From Candidatus Woesearchaeota archaeon (GTDB lineage Archaea; Nanobdellota; Nanobdellia; Woesearchaeales; UBA583): a stretch of DNA of 64,000 bases. Under the pieces are notes generated by a model, which had not been told where the DNA came from, searched no databases, and was given only the letters and a program-made list of their open reading frames with translations. The stretch is taken from contig OZ242164.1 in the NCBI GenBank assembly GCA_965205335.1, positions 896,001-960,000 on the forward strand, read 5' to 3'. This document shows, piece after piece, positions 40,420-50,912 of the stretch (position 1 is the stretch's first letter; every line of letters begins with the position of its first letter). The translations under genes and the position numbers were made by a program.

Positions 40420-42723
40420 ATGACTTCATTTGTATATCAGATAAACAAAGAAGAAAAAGAAGATTCCATTGAATTAAAAATTTTTGAAGTGGACTCAAAG
40501 CAAAAAACAAAACTATCAAAAATAAAAATTCCCTACACCATATATACAAAAAAAAGCGATTTTGAAAGTCTTAAAATAGAAAGCGAAAAAATTGAAATAT
40601 CAAAGGAAGAAATCAAAGACATTAACAAACAACAAGTCATACGACTAAATATTTTCAGTTCACAATTATATGAATACATTCTAAACCTTTTAAAAGAGAA
40701 TGAAATGCTAATATGTGAGGCGGACTTACCATATGAGCACAGATATCTGATAGACACAAATAAACAACTCTTAACAGGTAAAAAAGATGTAGTAGAGCTT
40801 AAATACTTATCTTTAGATATTGAAACCATAGGTTCTATAAAAGAACAGGAAATAATCCTAATAAGCACATTTTCACCGCAGGATAAATCAATGAGCAAAG
40901 TTTATGTAGATACATCCAAAATCAAAAAAGACAAACTAAATGATGTCTTAAACCATAAATACAAAGACTTTGAATTAGTTTCTTTTCGCACAGAAAAAGA
41001 ATTACTTGAGAGATTTCGTGAAGATATAATATCTTTTGAACCGCAACTGATTATTGGCTGGAATGTCATTAACTTTGACTTTAAAATAATCAAGCAAAGA
41101 TTTGAAAAATACTCAATCCCATTTGAACTATCCAAGTACAAAGGAGAAAACAAACTTAGAATACTAAGTGATTTTTTTAAAAACAGCACATTGCATTGCC
41201 CCGGAGTTCTAATCTGGGATATAATTGATGTTCTCAAAATGAACTTCATAACATTTGATGATTACAAACTTAATACTGTTGCAAAATCTGTTTTAGACGA
41301 TGAAAAAATAAACTTAGAAGATGAAGGAGAAGCAGACCATGGAATAACTCTGAAAATAAAAGCCATTAAAAACATGTTTGACAAAGACCCAGTCAAACTA
41401 ATCAAATACAATTTTAAAGACTCTCTTTTAACTCATAAAATAACTCACAAACTTAACCTAATTGAAATGATGTGCAAGCGCTCCATACTTACAGGAACGC
41501 CCTTAACAAAAGTCAAATCCCCTATTGCAACCCTTGATATTATGTACTTAAAAGAACTGCACAAAAGAGGGTTTGTTGCACCATCTAATTTCAATTTCAG
41601 TGATACTCAGAGCATTGAAGGAGCTTATGTAATTAATCCAGAGAAGGGGTTTTATGAGGATGTTTTTGTTTTAGACTTCAAATCGCTTTACCCATCAGTT
41701 ATAATGACATTTAACATTGACCCATTCACATACTTCAAAGAAGGGCAAATTGAAGCCCCAAATGGCGCAAGATTTGATAATAAAGCTGGCATTCTGCCTG
41801 AGTTAATTCATCAATTATACAAAGAAAGAGAGACTGCTATAAAAGAAAAAAATTTCATTAAAAGTTTTGTTTTGAAAATCAATATGAACTCATTCTATGG
41901 AGCAATTGCCAGTCCCAAATGCAGATTCCACAACCTTGAAATAGGCGAAGCCATAACAGGATTTGCTAGAAAAATAATTATTAAATGCGAGGAATTAATG
42001 AGAGAAAAGGGGCACAAAGTAATATATGGTGATACAGATTCAATCTTTATCAAATTCTCCAAGAAATTCAAAAACAAAGAGGAAAAATTTCAATACGGAA
42101 AACAAATTGAAAAAGAAATTAATGAATACTTTGGGATTTGGATTAAAAAGAATTTTGGTCAAAAGAGTTTTCTGAAAATTGAGTTTGAAAAATTATTCTC
42201 TAAGTTTTTCATTGCAACAAAAAAGAGGTATGTTGGCTTTGATGAAATTACACGAAAAACTCAATTTATCGGGATGGAAGCCATAAGAGGAGACTGGACT
42301 GAACTTGCCAAAACATTTCAGATTCATTTAGTTGATTTAATATTTAGCGGAAAATCCAATTCTGAAATTGAAAAATTTATTTCAGATTATGTTTCAGATT
42401 TAAAATCAGGCAAATACAATGATTTGCTTGTTTATTCCAAAAAAATAGCAAAACCTCTAAATCAATACACTAAGACAACTCCACCCCATGTAAAAGCTGC
42501 AAGAGAACTCAAAGAATTTGATGGGAGATTAGTTAAATACATTATGACTATTGACGGGCCTAAACACATAAATCTAATAGACTCAAGTACACAATATGAC
42601 TATAACCATTACATTGAAAAACAATTAGACGGCGTTTCAGATGACTTATTAAATGCAATAGGAATAGACTTTAAAAAAATAATTTACTCCAAAAAACAAA
42701 CCGCCCTTGACAGTTTCTTTTAG
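40420..42723 (+). CDS. polB: Family B DNA polymerase (bacterial Pol II-like) with C-terminal PIP box
   Basis: DIET, IGWNVINFD, DFKSLYPS, K..MNSFYG, YGDTDS, KKRY; ends QTALDSFF. Confidence 0.95.
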   Translation: MTSFVYQINKEEKEDSIELKIFEVDSKQKTKLSKIKIPYTIYTKKSDFESLKIESEKIEISKEEIKDINKQQVIRLNIFSSQLYEYILNLLKENEMLICEADLPYEHRYLIDTNKQLLTGKKDVVELKYLSLDIETIGSIKEQEIILISTFSPQDKSMSKVYVDTSKIKKDKLNDVLNHKYKDFELVSFRTEKELLERFREDIISFEPQLIIGWNVINFDFKIIKQRFEKYSIPFELSKYKGENKLRILSDFFKNSTLHCPGVLIWDIIDVLKMNFITFDDYKLNTVAKSVLDDEKINLEDEGEADHGITLKIKAIKNMFDKDPVKLIKYNFKDSLLTHKITHKLNLIEMMCKRSILTGTPLTKVKSPIATLDIMYLKELHKRGFVAPSNFNFSDTQSIEGAYVINPEKGFYEDVFVLDFKSLYPSVIMTFNIDPFTYFKEGQIEAPNGARFDNKAGILPELIHQLYKERETAIKEKNFIKSFVLKINMNSFYGAIASPKCRFHNLEIGEAITGFARKIIIKCEELMREKGHKVIYGDTDSIFIKFSKKFKNKEEKFQYGKQIEKEINEYFGIWIKKNFGQKSFLKIEFEKLFSKFFIATKKRYVGFDEITRKTQFIGMEAIRGDWTELAKTFQIHLVDLIFSGKSNSEIEKFISDYVSDLKSGKYNDLLVYSKKIAKPLNQYTKTTPPHVKAARELKEFDGRLVKYIMTIDGPKHINLIDSSTQYDYNHYIEKQLDGVSDDLLNAIGIDFKKIIYSKKQTALDSFF

Positions 42724-42874
42724 ATTACATAATGTGGGACAAAACATCTCAGTTAGTTATAAGTGAGTGGATTTAATTATTTTTGGGCAAAATGATGAAC
42801 TGTTAAGTTAAAGTCAACTAATAAAGTATTTAAATAATAAAAATCCAGATTTTAAATATATTTAATACATAAAA

Positions 42875-43279
42875 ATGGGTAAAATTTATTTTAAAAAACT
42901 AGTCACTTACATAGGTTCTGGAAAAGCTAAAAATAAATTTGGGAATTTTATTGAAGGAAGATTTAGGATTGAGATTAATTCTAATGGAAATAAAGTAAAA
43001 AAATCTTTCGAAGATATCTTAATTGAAATATTTAAGAAAGAAAAATATAAGTATTCAAAGAAAGAACTTAAAAATTTAATTGAAATTAGAAATTTAGTTA
43101 TTCATGAAGCATCGGGATCTTCAAAGAAGAGAAATGTTTCTATAAAAAAAACTTTCCGAACTTACTATTCATCTCTAAGGTTATTTGAAAAATTTATTTT
43201 AAACATAATTAAATATAAAGGACAATACATTATGAAAACAAGCAATAAGGGGTTTAATTGGGTAGATTTTAAATCTTAA
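42875..43279 (+). CDS. HEPN-like protein or fragment
   Basis: RNLVIH (Rx4H) in helical context; ILNIIKYKGQY tail. Confidence 0.55.
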   Translation: MGKIYFKKLVTYIGSGKAKNKFGNFIEGRFRIEINSNGNKVKKSFEDILIEIFKKEKYKYSKKELKNLIEIRNLVIHEASGSSKKRNVSIKKTFRTYYSSLRLFEKFILNIIKYKGQYIMKTSNKGFNWVDFKS

Positions 43280-43350
43280 TTTCTAAAATATAATCCTTGA
43301 AAAATGAAACAAACTCTGTTTCATTAAATACTAATAATGCATCTTAAAAA

Positions 43351-43431
43351 TGTGGGCGAAGGGATTCGAACCCTCGAACCGAATGGACTCGATCTTGAGT
43401 CGAGCGCCTTTGACCGCTTGGCTACACCCAC
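43351..43431 (-). tRNA. tRNA-Leu(CAA)
   Basis: GTGGGTG/CGCCCAC acceptor stem, CTCGA-CTCAAGA-TCGAG anticodon arm, variable arm, TTCGAAT T loop. Confidence 0.95.
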
Positions 43432-43545
43432 ACAAATTATAACAGAACAGATAAAAACTATATACCTTATTTTAAAAATATTTGGATATAACATATATAA
43501 AAGAAAAAACAATAAATTATTAAAGAAGTAAAATTTCAACATTCT

Positions 43546-45363
43546 ATGAAAGAGAGAAAAACAGTTATTTACATAGGAAACAAAGACAAACCTGAAAAGA
43601 CAAAAAAATACAATCCGATTAAAATTCTCATAAAAATAATCCTAGTAATGATTCTCATAGGAGGACTTCATTACGCTAACCAATCCTATTCAAACGCCAT
43701 AAGCCTTCTTGCTGTAACCGAAAATGGTGAAGGAGAAATCACAAACGGTTCTATAATTAATCTATCACTTACAACAAAATCCGGTTCGGGAAAAATCTAT
43801 ATGAATCTAAACACACTAAAAGAAACAGATATACAGGTATCTATCATAAACTCTCACAAAATAGCATGTGACTTATTCCAGTTAGAATGCCACAAATATG
43901 ACTTCTTCTACGAATTCTCTGACAACACCGCTCTAATCCTAAAAGGACCATCTGGGAGTTCAGCCATTGCAATACTTACTGCTAAAACAATTAACAAAGA
44001 AAAAATCCCCCAAGACATTTCAATAACAGGTTCTCTAAACTCAGGAGGCTTAATAGGAATTGTAGGAGGAATTGACGAAAAAATAAAAACCGCTCAAGAC
44101 AATAACATAACAAAAGTTCTGCTTCCAGTATTTGCCCAATTCAACGAAACAGAAAATACAACAATACAAATAACAAGAACACTTGATGTAATAAATGCAT
44201 ACAACGAATTCGGAGGCAGAAAATACGAACTAACACCTCAAAAAACCAACAACGAACAGTATAAAGCCTTAATGCAAGACTTAGCAGAAGAATTGTGCCA
44301 AAGAACAATAACTCTGAGAAATTCAATAAACCAAACAAACATTGAACAAAACTCCTCTGCAGAAAAATACTTAGAACAAGCAGAAAAGAGTTTCAACTCA
44401 TCACAAATCACCAGAGAAAATTCCAACTTCTACTCACAGGGAAGTTTCTGCTTTAATGCAAACATAAATTACAGAACTCTAATAGAAAACACAGACAACT
44501 TATCAATTGAAGAAGTAGACAAACAAATTGAAAACTTTGAATCTAAAATCAATAAGAAAAAAGAAGAAATAAACTCACAGGAATACAAAGACAAAATCTC
44601 TACAATAAATGACTTCTACGTATATCTAATACTAACAGACAGACTTGAAGAAAGTTCTGACTTAATAGAGAAAACCAAAAATACAAAAACAATCTCAATA
44701 AACAAAAGCAAAGCACTAAATGACACAAAAATAAAAATACAAAATAACATAACCAAAGATAAAAAAGAAGCCCTTTACTCATATGCAGTTGAAAGATTTG
44801 AAACAGTTTCATTATGGGAAAGACTCATAGTACATCAAGACACAGAAATCAAATTTGACGATACAACAATTTCAGATGCATGCACTAAAATAAATAGACT
44901 AATAAGCCTAAAATCAGAACTCCTAAGAAACTATAAAATTTCTTATCTGGCAGATAGAATAAACAAGCAACTTAAACTAAATGACCCTGATTCAAACAAA
45001 TACTTATGCATTTACCGAGGATTTGAACTCAATGGAAGAATTGACACACTATTAAATTCTGTTGGAATAAATGAGTCCCAACTAGAAGATTATTCATCTC
45101 ACATAATAAACTTCACAAACACAAGAATAAATCTAAACACAAACGGAAACTTCCCTCTCATTCCAACAATTTACTCAGAATATTCATCAGACTTATTCAA
45201 TGAAGAAGATTATGCGGCTTCAATGCTTTACTCAAACTTTGCTCTATCTTACTCCGACTTAAACTTGTACTTAGAAAAAGAAGAGGAAACTAAAAGAATA
45301 TTAGACATACTCATTAACCCATTATTCTTAGTTGCAAGTCTCATACTAATAATCATTATATAA
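43546..45363 (+). CDS. Membrane-anchored S16 (Lon-like) serine protease without ATPase domain
   Basis: GPSG catalytic Ser, ITGSL..G.I..VGGIDEK catalytic Lys; TM segments at both ends. Confidence 0.85.
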   Translation: MKERKTVIYIGNKDKPEKTKKYNPIKILIKIILVMILIGGLHYANQSYSNAISLLAVTENGEGEITNGSIINLSLTTKSGSGKIYMNLNTLKETDIQVSIINSHKIACDLFQLECHKYDFFYEFSDNTALILKGPSGSSAIAILTAKTINKEKIPQDISITGSLNSGGLIGIVGGIDEKIKTAQDNNITKVLLPVFAQFNETENTTIQITRTLDVINAYNEFGGRKYELTPQKTNNEQYKALMQDLAEELCQRTITLRNSINQTNIEQNSSAEKYLEQAEKSFNSSQITRENSNFYSQGSFCFNANINYRTLIENTDNLSIEEVDKQIENFESKINKKKEEINSQEYKDKISTINDFYVYLILTDRLEESSDLIEKTKNTKTISINKSKALNDTKIKIQNNITKDKKEALYSYAVERFETVSLWERLIVHQDTEIKFDDTTISDACTKINRLISLKSELLRNYKISYLADRINKQLKLNDPDSNKYLCIYRGFELNGRIDTLLNSVGINESQLEDYSSHIINFTNTRINLNTNGNFPLIPTIYSEYSSDLFNEEDYAASMLYSNFALSYSDLNLYLEKEEETKRILDILINPLFLVASLILIIII

Positions 45364-45389
45364 ATTAATATTTTAATAATTTCACGAAA

Positions 45390-46127
45390 CTACTCCAACA
45401 TCTTAATCACACTATCTAAATCCAAACCTAAACCTAAATTATATCTCTTATTAAAATAACTAACAATGTTTCTAATATCACGTTCATACAAATCATAGAA
45501 CTCTCTAAAATCCTCATCACTTCTAACTGAGATCCCCGAACCCCAGTCAATTATTACAGGAATACCATCTGATACCAATACATTAAATTCTGACAAATCC
45601 CCATGAATTAACTTTGCATCATTTTTCATAATTCTAATCTGCTCAACTAACAAACTAAAAAACTCCTGAGGATTCTTAAGTTCAGTATCCTTTAACATAC
45701 CCCCATTAATATATTCCATTATAATTACATTATTATACTGCTTATACACAGAAGGAACAGACATATTATACTTATGGCACAGAACCAAATTTCTAAACTC
45801 CTTCTCGCACCACTTCAAAATAACTTTTCTTAAATTCCCCTTAATATCTTTAAACCTGTGATCTCTTGAAATATAACTTGAAATCTTTTTAAAATTAGCA
45901 CTTGTTAGTCTATAAATCTTAACAGCCAAAACAGTTCCGTCATCCTTATATGCAAAATAAACATCCCCTTCCTTTCCTGTCTTAATAGGCTTTCCCAATT
46001 CATCAAAAAACTTCTTTCTTTTAAGAGTCTCAAGAGTCCTGAGAGTAAACTCATCAAAAACCCCCTCAAACACTTTAAATTTCTCCTTAGTCATAAATAC
46101 ATATAATATAAAATCTTTTATAAACAT
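45390..46127 (-). CDS. rio1: RIO1-type Ser/Thr kinase
   Basis: TGKEGDVY, AVKIY, W.EKEFRNL, IHGDLSEFNV and IID motifs. Confidence 0.93.
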   Translation of the reverse strand: MFIKDFILYVFMTKEKFKVFEGVFDEFTLRTLETLKRKKFFDELGKPIKTGKEGDVYFAYKDDGTVLAVKIYRLTSANFKKISSYISRDHRFKDIKGNLRKVILKWCEKEFRNLVLCHKYNMSVPSVYKQYNNVIIMEYINGGMLKDTELKNPQEFFSLLVEQIRIMKNDAKLIHGDLSEFNVLVSDGIPVIIDWGSGISVRSDEDFREFYDLYERDIRNIVSYFNKRYNLGLGLDLDSVIKMLE

Positions 46128-46205
46128 ATAACTCTGTTATATATGAGTTTGTGGGAATTAAGTTATCTAAGTGAGGTTTTATATGTATATTCAAGATGGA
46201 AGTGG

Positions 46206-46781
46206 TTATCTTGGTACGTACACTCGCTTATGCAAATTAATATCAATTGCTTCTTTCACAATTTCAAAATTCTCTGCCGATACATATATTTTTTTCGCAG
46301 AAGAAATTCTAGGTAGGTTTAATTTCCTTGCTCTTAGTATATACAAATCACCACCAACCCTTTTAAGAGTTGGTAGAGATAAAGATACACTTTTTTTTGC
46401 AACCATATCACGACCAACTTCTATAAGTTTTTTGTATGAAACACCTTCACATGAAGAACTTCTATCAATAAGACTACCTCTAACTTTATTAATTCTGTTC
46501 TTTTCATGACCATGCAAATTAGTAAGATCAAGAATAATTCCTCTTGATGTATGTGAAAGTAATTGTTCCAAAATCTTATAACTACCTTGCCGATAATTAT
46601 CTTGGAGTAGAAGAAGAATGTTACTATAATTATATTTACACAATGAATGATGATCAATTTCACATTCTTTGGAAGCATCATGGTTGTGTGTCACAGTCAC
46701 AATAGCTGTTTGATGTTGATTGAAAATGTTCGATATCTCTTCAAGTTTAGGGTTTCTAAAGATTATAGTTGTGTGTTTCAT
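46206..46781 (-). CDS. Hypothetical protein with short LRR-like repeats
   Basis: LIEVGRDM / LPTLKRVGGDLYI / LPRI repeats; upstream TTTATAA. Confidence 0.55.
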   Translation of the reverse strand: MKHTTIIFRNPKLEEISNIFNQHQTAIVTVTHNHDASKECEIDHHSLCKYNYSNILLLLQDNYRQGSYKILEQLLSHTSRGIILDLTNLHGHEKNRINKVRGSLIDRSSSCEGVSYKKLIEVGRDMVAKKSVSLSLPTLKRVGGDLYILRARKLNLPRISSAKKIYVSAENFEIVKEAIDINLHKRVYVPR

Positions 46782-46954
46782 GATTATGTTAGGATATAGA
46801 TTTATTTATAAATTTATCCCGTGTTAGTGACAAAAATTTAATAATATCATATATTAAATATACAGTCACTAAGAGTTTAGAAATGTTTCATAACACATTT
46901 CCAAATACTTCCCTAAAATTTATATACTGAGTATGTTTATTAAAAAATATAATA

Positions 46955-47932
46955 ATGGTTAAAAAATCCCAATCAGAAGAAAACCCCTCACTTTTGAGAA
47001 ACAAGATAATTGTCTGTATTGGAGGTGGGACTGGTTTATTCTCGCTCTTATCAGGATTAAAAGAATATGCCCTTGGAAAACACAATATCAAAGCAATAGT
47101 CACAACTCTTGATAGTGGGGGTTCATCTGGAGTATTAAGAACTCAATTTGGTGTTCTACCTCCAGGAGATATAAGAAACTGCCTTGTAGCCCTATCAAGC
47201 GAAACAGAAATACTAAACAAACTATTTCAGTACAGATTCAACAAAAAAATAAACAACCATAACTTTGGAAACCTTCTAATAACTGCTTTGTGTGATGTAA
47301 CAGGTTCATTTGATGAAGCAGTCAAACAGGCATCAAGAATACTTAGAATCAAAGGAGAAGTAGTCCCAGTATCCTTAGACAGCAATCATATAATAGCCCA
47401 GCTTGAAGATGGGAAAACTCTAATCGGAGAAAAGAAAATAGATACAACACCCAACAAAAAAATAGAAAAAATATACCTAAAAAACAAACCAAAAACAAAC
47501 AAAAGAGCAGCAGAAGTTCTAAAACGTGCAGACATCATAATCTTTGGCCCGGGAGACTTATACACAAGCATAATTCCAAATCTATTATTTCCAAACCTGA
47601 GAAATGCAATCAAGAAAAACCAAAAAGCAAAAAGAATCCTCATATCGCCTGTTATGACAAAACCTGGAGAAACCGATAACTTTCCAGTATCCAAGTTCAG
47701 AGAAGAAATTGAAAAATACTTAAAATCAGAGTTGACTCATATAATCTCAAACAATCACATGCCCAAAACCTCTGCCCTAAAAGCATATAAAAAAGAAAAC
47801 AAACACCCTGTAATTATTGATGCAAATAATATAAAAGGAGTTAAACTAATCAGAGCAAACCTGATTGACGAAAACCAATTAGTACGACACAATCCTTCAA
47901 AAATTGCAAAAGCCATTGCAAAACTAATCTAA
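46955..47932 (+). CDS. YvcK/GlmR (UPF0052) family protein
   Basis: GGGTGL, DSGGSSG, PPGDIRNCL, HNFGNL, GPGDLYTSI and RHNP motifs. Confidence 0.93.
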   Translation: MVKKSQSEENPSLLRNKIIVCIGGGTGLFSLLSGLKEYALGKHNIKAIVTTLDSGGSSGVLRTQFGVLPPGDIRNCLVALSSETEILNKLFQYRFNKKINNHNFGNLLITALCDVTGSFDEAVKQASRILRIKGEVVPVSLDSNHIIAQLEDGKTLIGEKKIDTTPNKKIEKIYLKNKPKTNKRAAEVLKRADIIIFGPGDLYTSIIPNLLFPNLRNAIKKNQKAKRILISPVMTKPGETDNFPVSKFREEIEKYLKSELTHIISNNHMPKTSALKAYKKENKHPVIIDANNIKGVKLIRANLIDENQLVRHNPSKIAKAIAKLI

Positions 47933-47954
47933 AAAATATACACAAATAAAAATA

Positions 47955-50873
47955 ATGAATAACACTCAACAAAAACAAGCAATAGAATGTTTAAATGTCC
48001 CATGCATTGTCATTGCAGGACCTGGTACAGGCAAAACAACACTTATCACAGATAAGATATTAGATTTATTCAAAAAAAACTACAACGAAAATGAAATACT
48101 TGCTTTAACCTTTACAGACAAAGCCGCAAACGAAATGTCAATCAGGGTTGAACAAAAATCAAACAAAATATTTCGCGCAAAAACATTTCACTCATTTGCA
48201 TTAGAAATCCTTGAAGAATTTTCGGAAGAAGTTCCAAACCTTCCGGAAGATTACATCCTAATAAATGAACCAAACCAGAACCTGTTCTTCTTAGAAAACA
48301 TCAGAAACTTCAAACTCTCATCCGTTGAAACTCTTGGGAAAGAAAACAAAATTGCATATGAACTAACAAATGCCATATCAAAACTAAAAGACTTTGGAAT
48401 AACATTAGAAAATCTGCCAAAACTGAACTTTGAAAACCTGAACACAAAAGCAGACTTAATCTCAACTTACACAAAATACGAATTATACAAAAAAAAAAAC
48501 GGACTAATAGACTTTGCAGACATATTACTTCTATTCTTAAACCTAATCAAAACAAACAAAAAAATCTGTGATGAAATAAAAACAAGATACAAATACATCT
48601 TAGTTGATGAATTTCAGGACACAAATCACGTCCAATTAGACGTCCTGAAAATCCTTGCAGAAAACAACATAACAATAGTTGGAGACAACAAACAGTCAAT
48701 CTACACATTCAGAGGAGCCAACTATAGAAACCTAAAAGAATTCAAATCACATTTCAAAAACCACAAAGAAATATTTCTAAACGAAAACTATCGTTCATCA
48801 AAAAAAATAATAAACCACATAAACAAACTATCAAATCAAATAGCATCACAAAAAGAACAGCTCAAACCAAACTTGGACACAGAAGGAGAAATAACCCTGA
48901 CAAGATGTTCAAACGAAAAATCCCAACTAACATATCTCGTTGAAAAAATAAACAACATTGAAGACATTCACCAGAACACAAAAACAATCGGCATTCTTAC
49001 AAGAAGAAAATATGAAGCAAATCTCATATCAAACTACATGGAGTCCTATGGACTAAACATATCAAAAACAGAAATACCAAACTTTTTGGACTTAGAAAAC
49101 ATAAAATCGCTAATCTCTTACTTAGAGATAATTCTAAACCCAAACGAAGCAAACACTCAAATATTTAACCTGATCTCAAACTTAGGACTAAGATCCCAGA
49201 CAATAAGAAGCATATCAAGAAAAGCCTCCCTGAACGAAAAATCAATTTACAAAGTTCTAAACAACAATTTAACCATAGAATATTCAGATGAACAAAAAAT
49301 AATTGAAGAAATAAACACAAAACTAAATGACTTAATAACCCTAAAACTGTCTCACCCTGATTTAACAGACTTAATTCAGCAAACAATAATACAATTCAAT
49401 ATGTACAAAAAGGCTGAACTATCAGACAAAATCGAATCAATAATTGCCTTAAACGAATTCATTAATTTTGCAAACACATTCAAAAAAATCTACAAATCAA
49501 ACGACTTAAAGAGATTTCTTGACATCTGTGAAAAAGCAAAATCCCTATCAATAAAATGTGACCTTCCCCAAATTAAAAAAGGAAACATTGAAGTAATGAC
49601 AGTCCATCAATCCAAAGGAAAAGAATATGACTATGTTTTCATTCCATTCTGTAACGACAGGAAATTCCCGATACCATACAGAAGAAATTTATTTGAAACA
49701 CCCTGCGATGCATCAAAGGAAGAAACCTTAGACGAAGAAAAAAGATTATTCTTTGTAGCTCTATCAAGAACAAAAATAGTATGTGATATCTCATACATAA
49801 AAAAAATGTCAGAAAACAAATTAGATTCAAAACACTCTCCATTCATTAAATCATTAGATTTAAACCCCCAAGAATATACAAGAGAAATAAGCGAATTAAA
49901 CATTAGTACAAAAGAACAAATAAAAACAGACATAATAAGAAAAATCCAGACTTATCTCTTAGACAACAACTTTGAAAAAGCAAAAACAGAAATAAACCTG
50001 CTTAAAGACTTATACGGCAAAAAAGACTTAACAAATTACTTCTCAAACTCGCACAATTCAGATTTAAAAAAATACCAAGAAAAACTAAAAAATAAAAAAT
50101 CAGAATTAGAAATCATTGACTTCAACACTGATGATATATTTTACTCTGTATCTCAACTCCAATTATATGAAACATGCCCAAAAAAGTATCTATACCAATA
50201 CATATACAAAGTTCCCACAGAATCAAGACACTATTTTGACTTTGGAACATCCATTCACATAGCACTTGAACTTCTGACAAAAGATTTCAAGAAAGAACTA
50301 TCAGATGATGAGCTATATACAAAAGGAATCTCTTATCTGACAGAAAACTGGATTTCAAAAGGATATGAAAATGCTCAGCAGGAAAAAGAATACATAAACA
50401 AAGGCCTTAAAATTATTGCAGACTTTATAAAAAAAGAAAGAGAGTTGCAAAAAGATAAAAGAAAAACTGTCTCGCAGGAGATGGAATTCAGACTTAATAT
50501 TGAGGGAAGAAAATTAAAAGGATTCATAGACAGAATTGATAAAGTTGGAAATGATTATGAAATACTTGATTACAAAACATCAAATTCAATGGATATGCTT
50601 GCAAACATCCCAGACAATATGCAACTCTTAGTATATTCAATAGTCTTAAAACAAAAATTTGGCAAGTATCCGAAAAAAGCAGGACTCTGGTATCTAATTC
50701 ATGATAAAATCCTATCTGCTCAACCAAAAAAAGAAAACATTGAAGATGTAAAGAAAAGAATTGTTGAATTAATGAAATCCATTGAAAAAAAAGATTTTAC
50801 AGCAAAGCCCAGCCATTTTACGTGCAAGTTCTGTGACTTCAATAAGATATGCCCAAACTCTAATTTTAAGTAG
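47955..50873 (+). CDS. UvrD/PcrA-type helicase fused to PD-(D/E)XK nuclease (AdnB-like)
   Basis: AGPGTGKT, VDEFQD, QSIY.FRGA, NYRS, TVHQSKGKE; GFIDRID..DYK; Cys set CP..CKFC..CP. Confidence 0.92.
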   Translation: MNNTQQKQAIECLNVPCIVIAGPGTGKTTLITDKILDLFKKNYNENEILALTFTDKAANEMSIRVEQKSNKIFRAKTFHSFALEILEEFSEEVPNLPEDYILINEPNQNLFFLENIRNFKLSSVETLGKENKIAYELTNAISKLKDFGITLENLPKLNFENLNTKADLISTYTKYELYKKKNGLIDFADILLLFLNLIKTNKKICDEIKTRYKYILVDEFQDTNHVQLDVLKILAENNITIVGDNKQSIYTFRGANYRNLKEFKSHFKNHKEIFLNENYRSSKKIINHINKLSNQIASQKEQLKPNLDTEGEITLTRCSNEKSQLTYLVEKINNIEDIHQNTKTIGILTRRKYEANLISNYMESYGLNISKTEIPNFLDLENIKSLISYLEIILNPNEANTQIFNLISNLGLRSQTIRSISRKASLNEKSIYKVLNNNLTIEYSDEQKIIEEINTKLNDLITLKLSHPDLTDLIQQTIIQFNMYKKAELSDKIESIIALNEFINFANTFKKIYKSNDLKRFLDICEKAKSLSIKCDLPQIKKGNIEVMTVHQSKGKEYDYVFIPFCNDRKFPIPYRRNLFETPCDASKEETLDEEKRLFFVALSRTKIVCDISYIKKMSENKLDSKHSPFIKSLDLNPQEYTREISELNISTKEQIKTDIIRKIQTYLLDNNFEKAKTEINLLKDLYGKKDLTNYFSNSHNSDLKKYQEKLKNKKSELEIIDFNTDDIFYSVSQLQLYETCPKKYLYQYIYKVPTESRHYFDFGTSIHIALELLTKDFKKELSDDELYTKGISYLTENWISKGYENAQQEKEYINKGLKIIADFIKKERELQKDKRKTVSQEMEFRLNIEGRKLKGFIDRIDKVGNDYEILDYKTSNSMDMLANIPDNMQLLVYSIVLKQKFGKYPKKAGLWYLIHDKILSAQPKKENIEDVKKRIVELMKSIEKKDFTAKPSHFTCKFCDFNKICPNSNFK

Positions 50874-50912
50874 TAACAAAGGTATAAATACTAATTTTCC
50901 AAGATTATTTAC

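Noticed and set aside
42785-42850. C/D box sRNA (ATGATGA at about 42792)
   Set aside because: No CTGA box D at a suitable distance
43324-43542. Two short ORFs on either strand
   Set aside because: They overlap tRNA-Leu and are spurious
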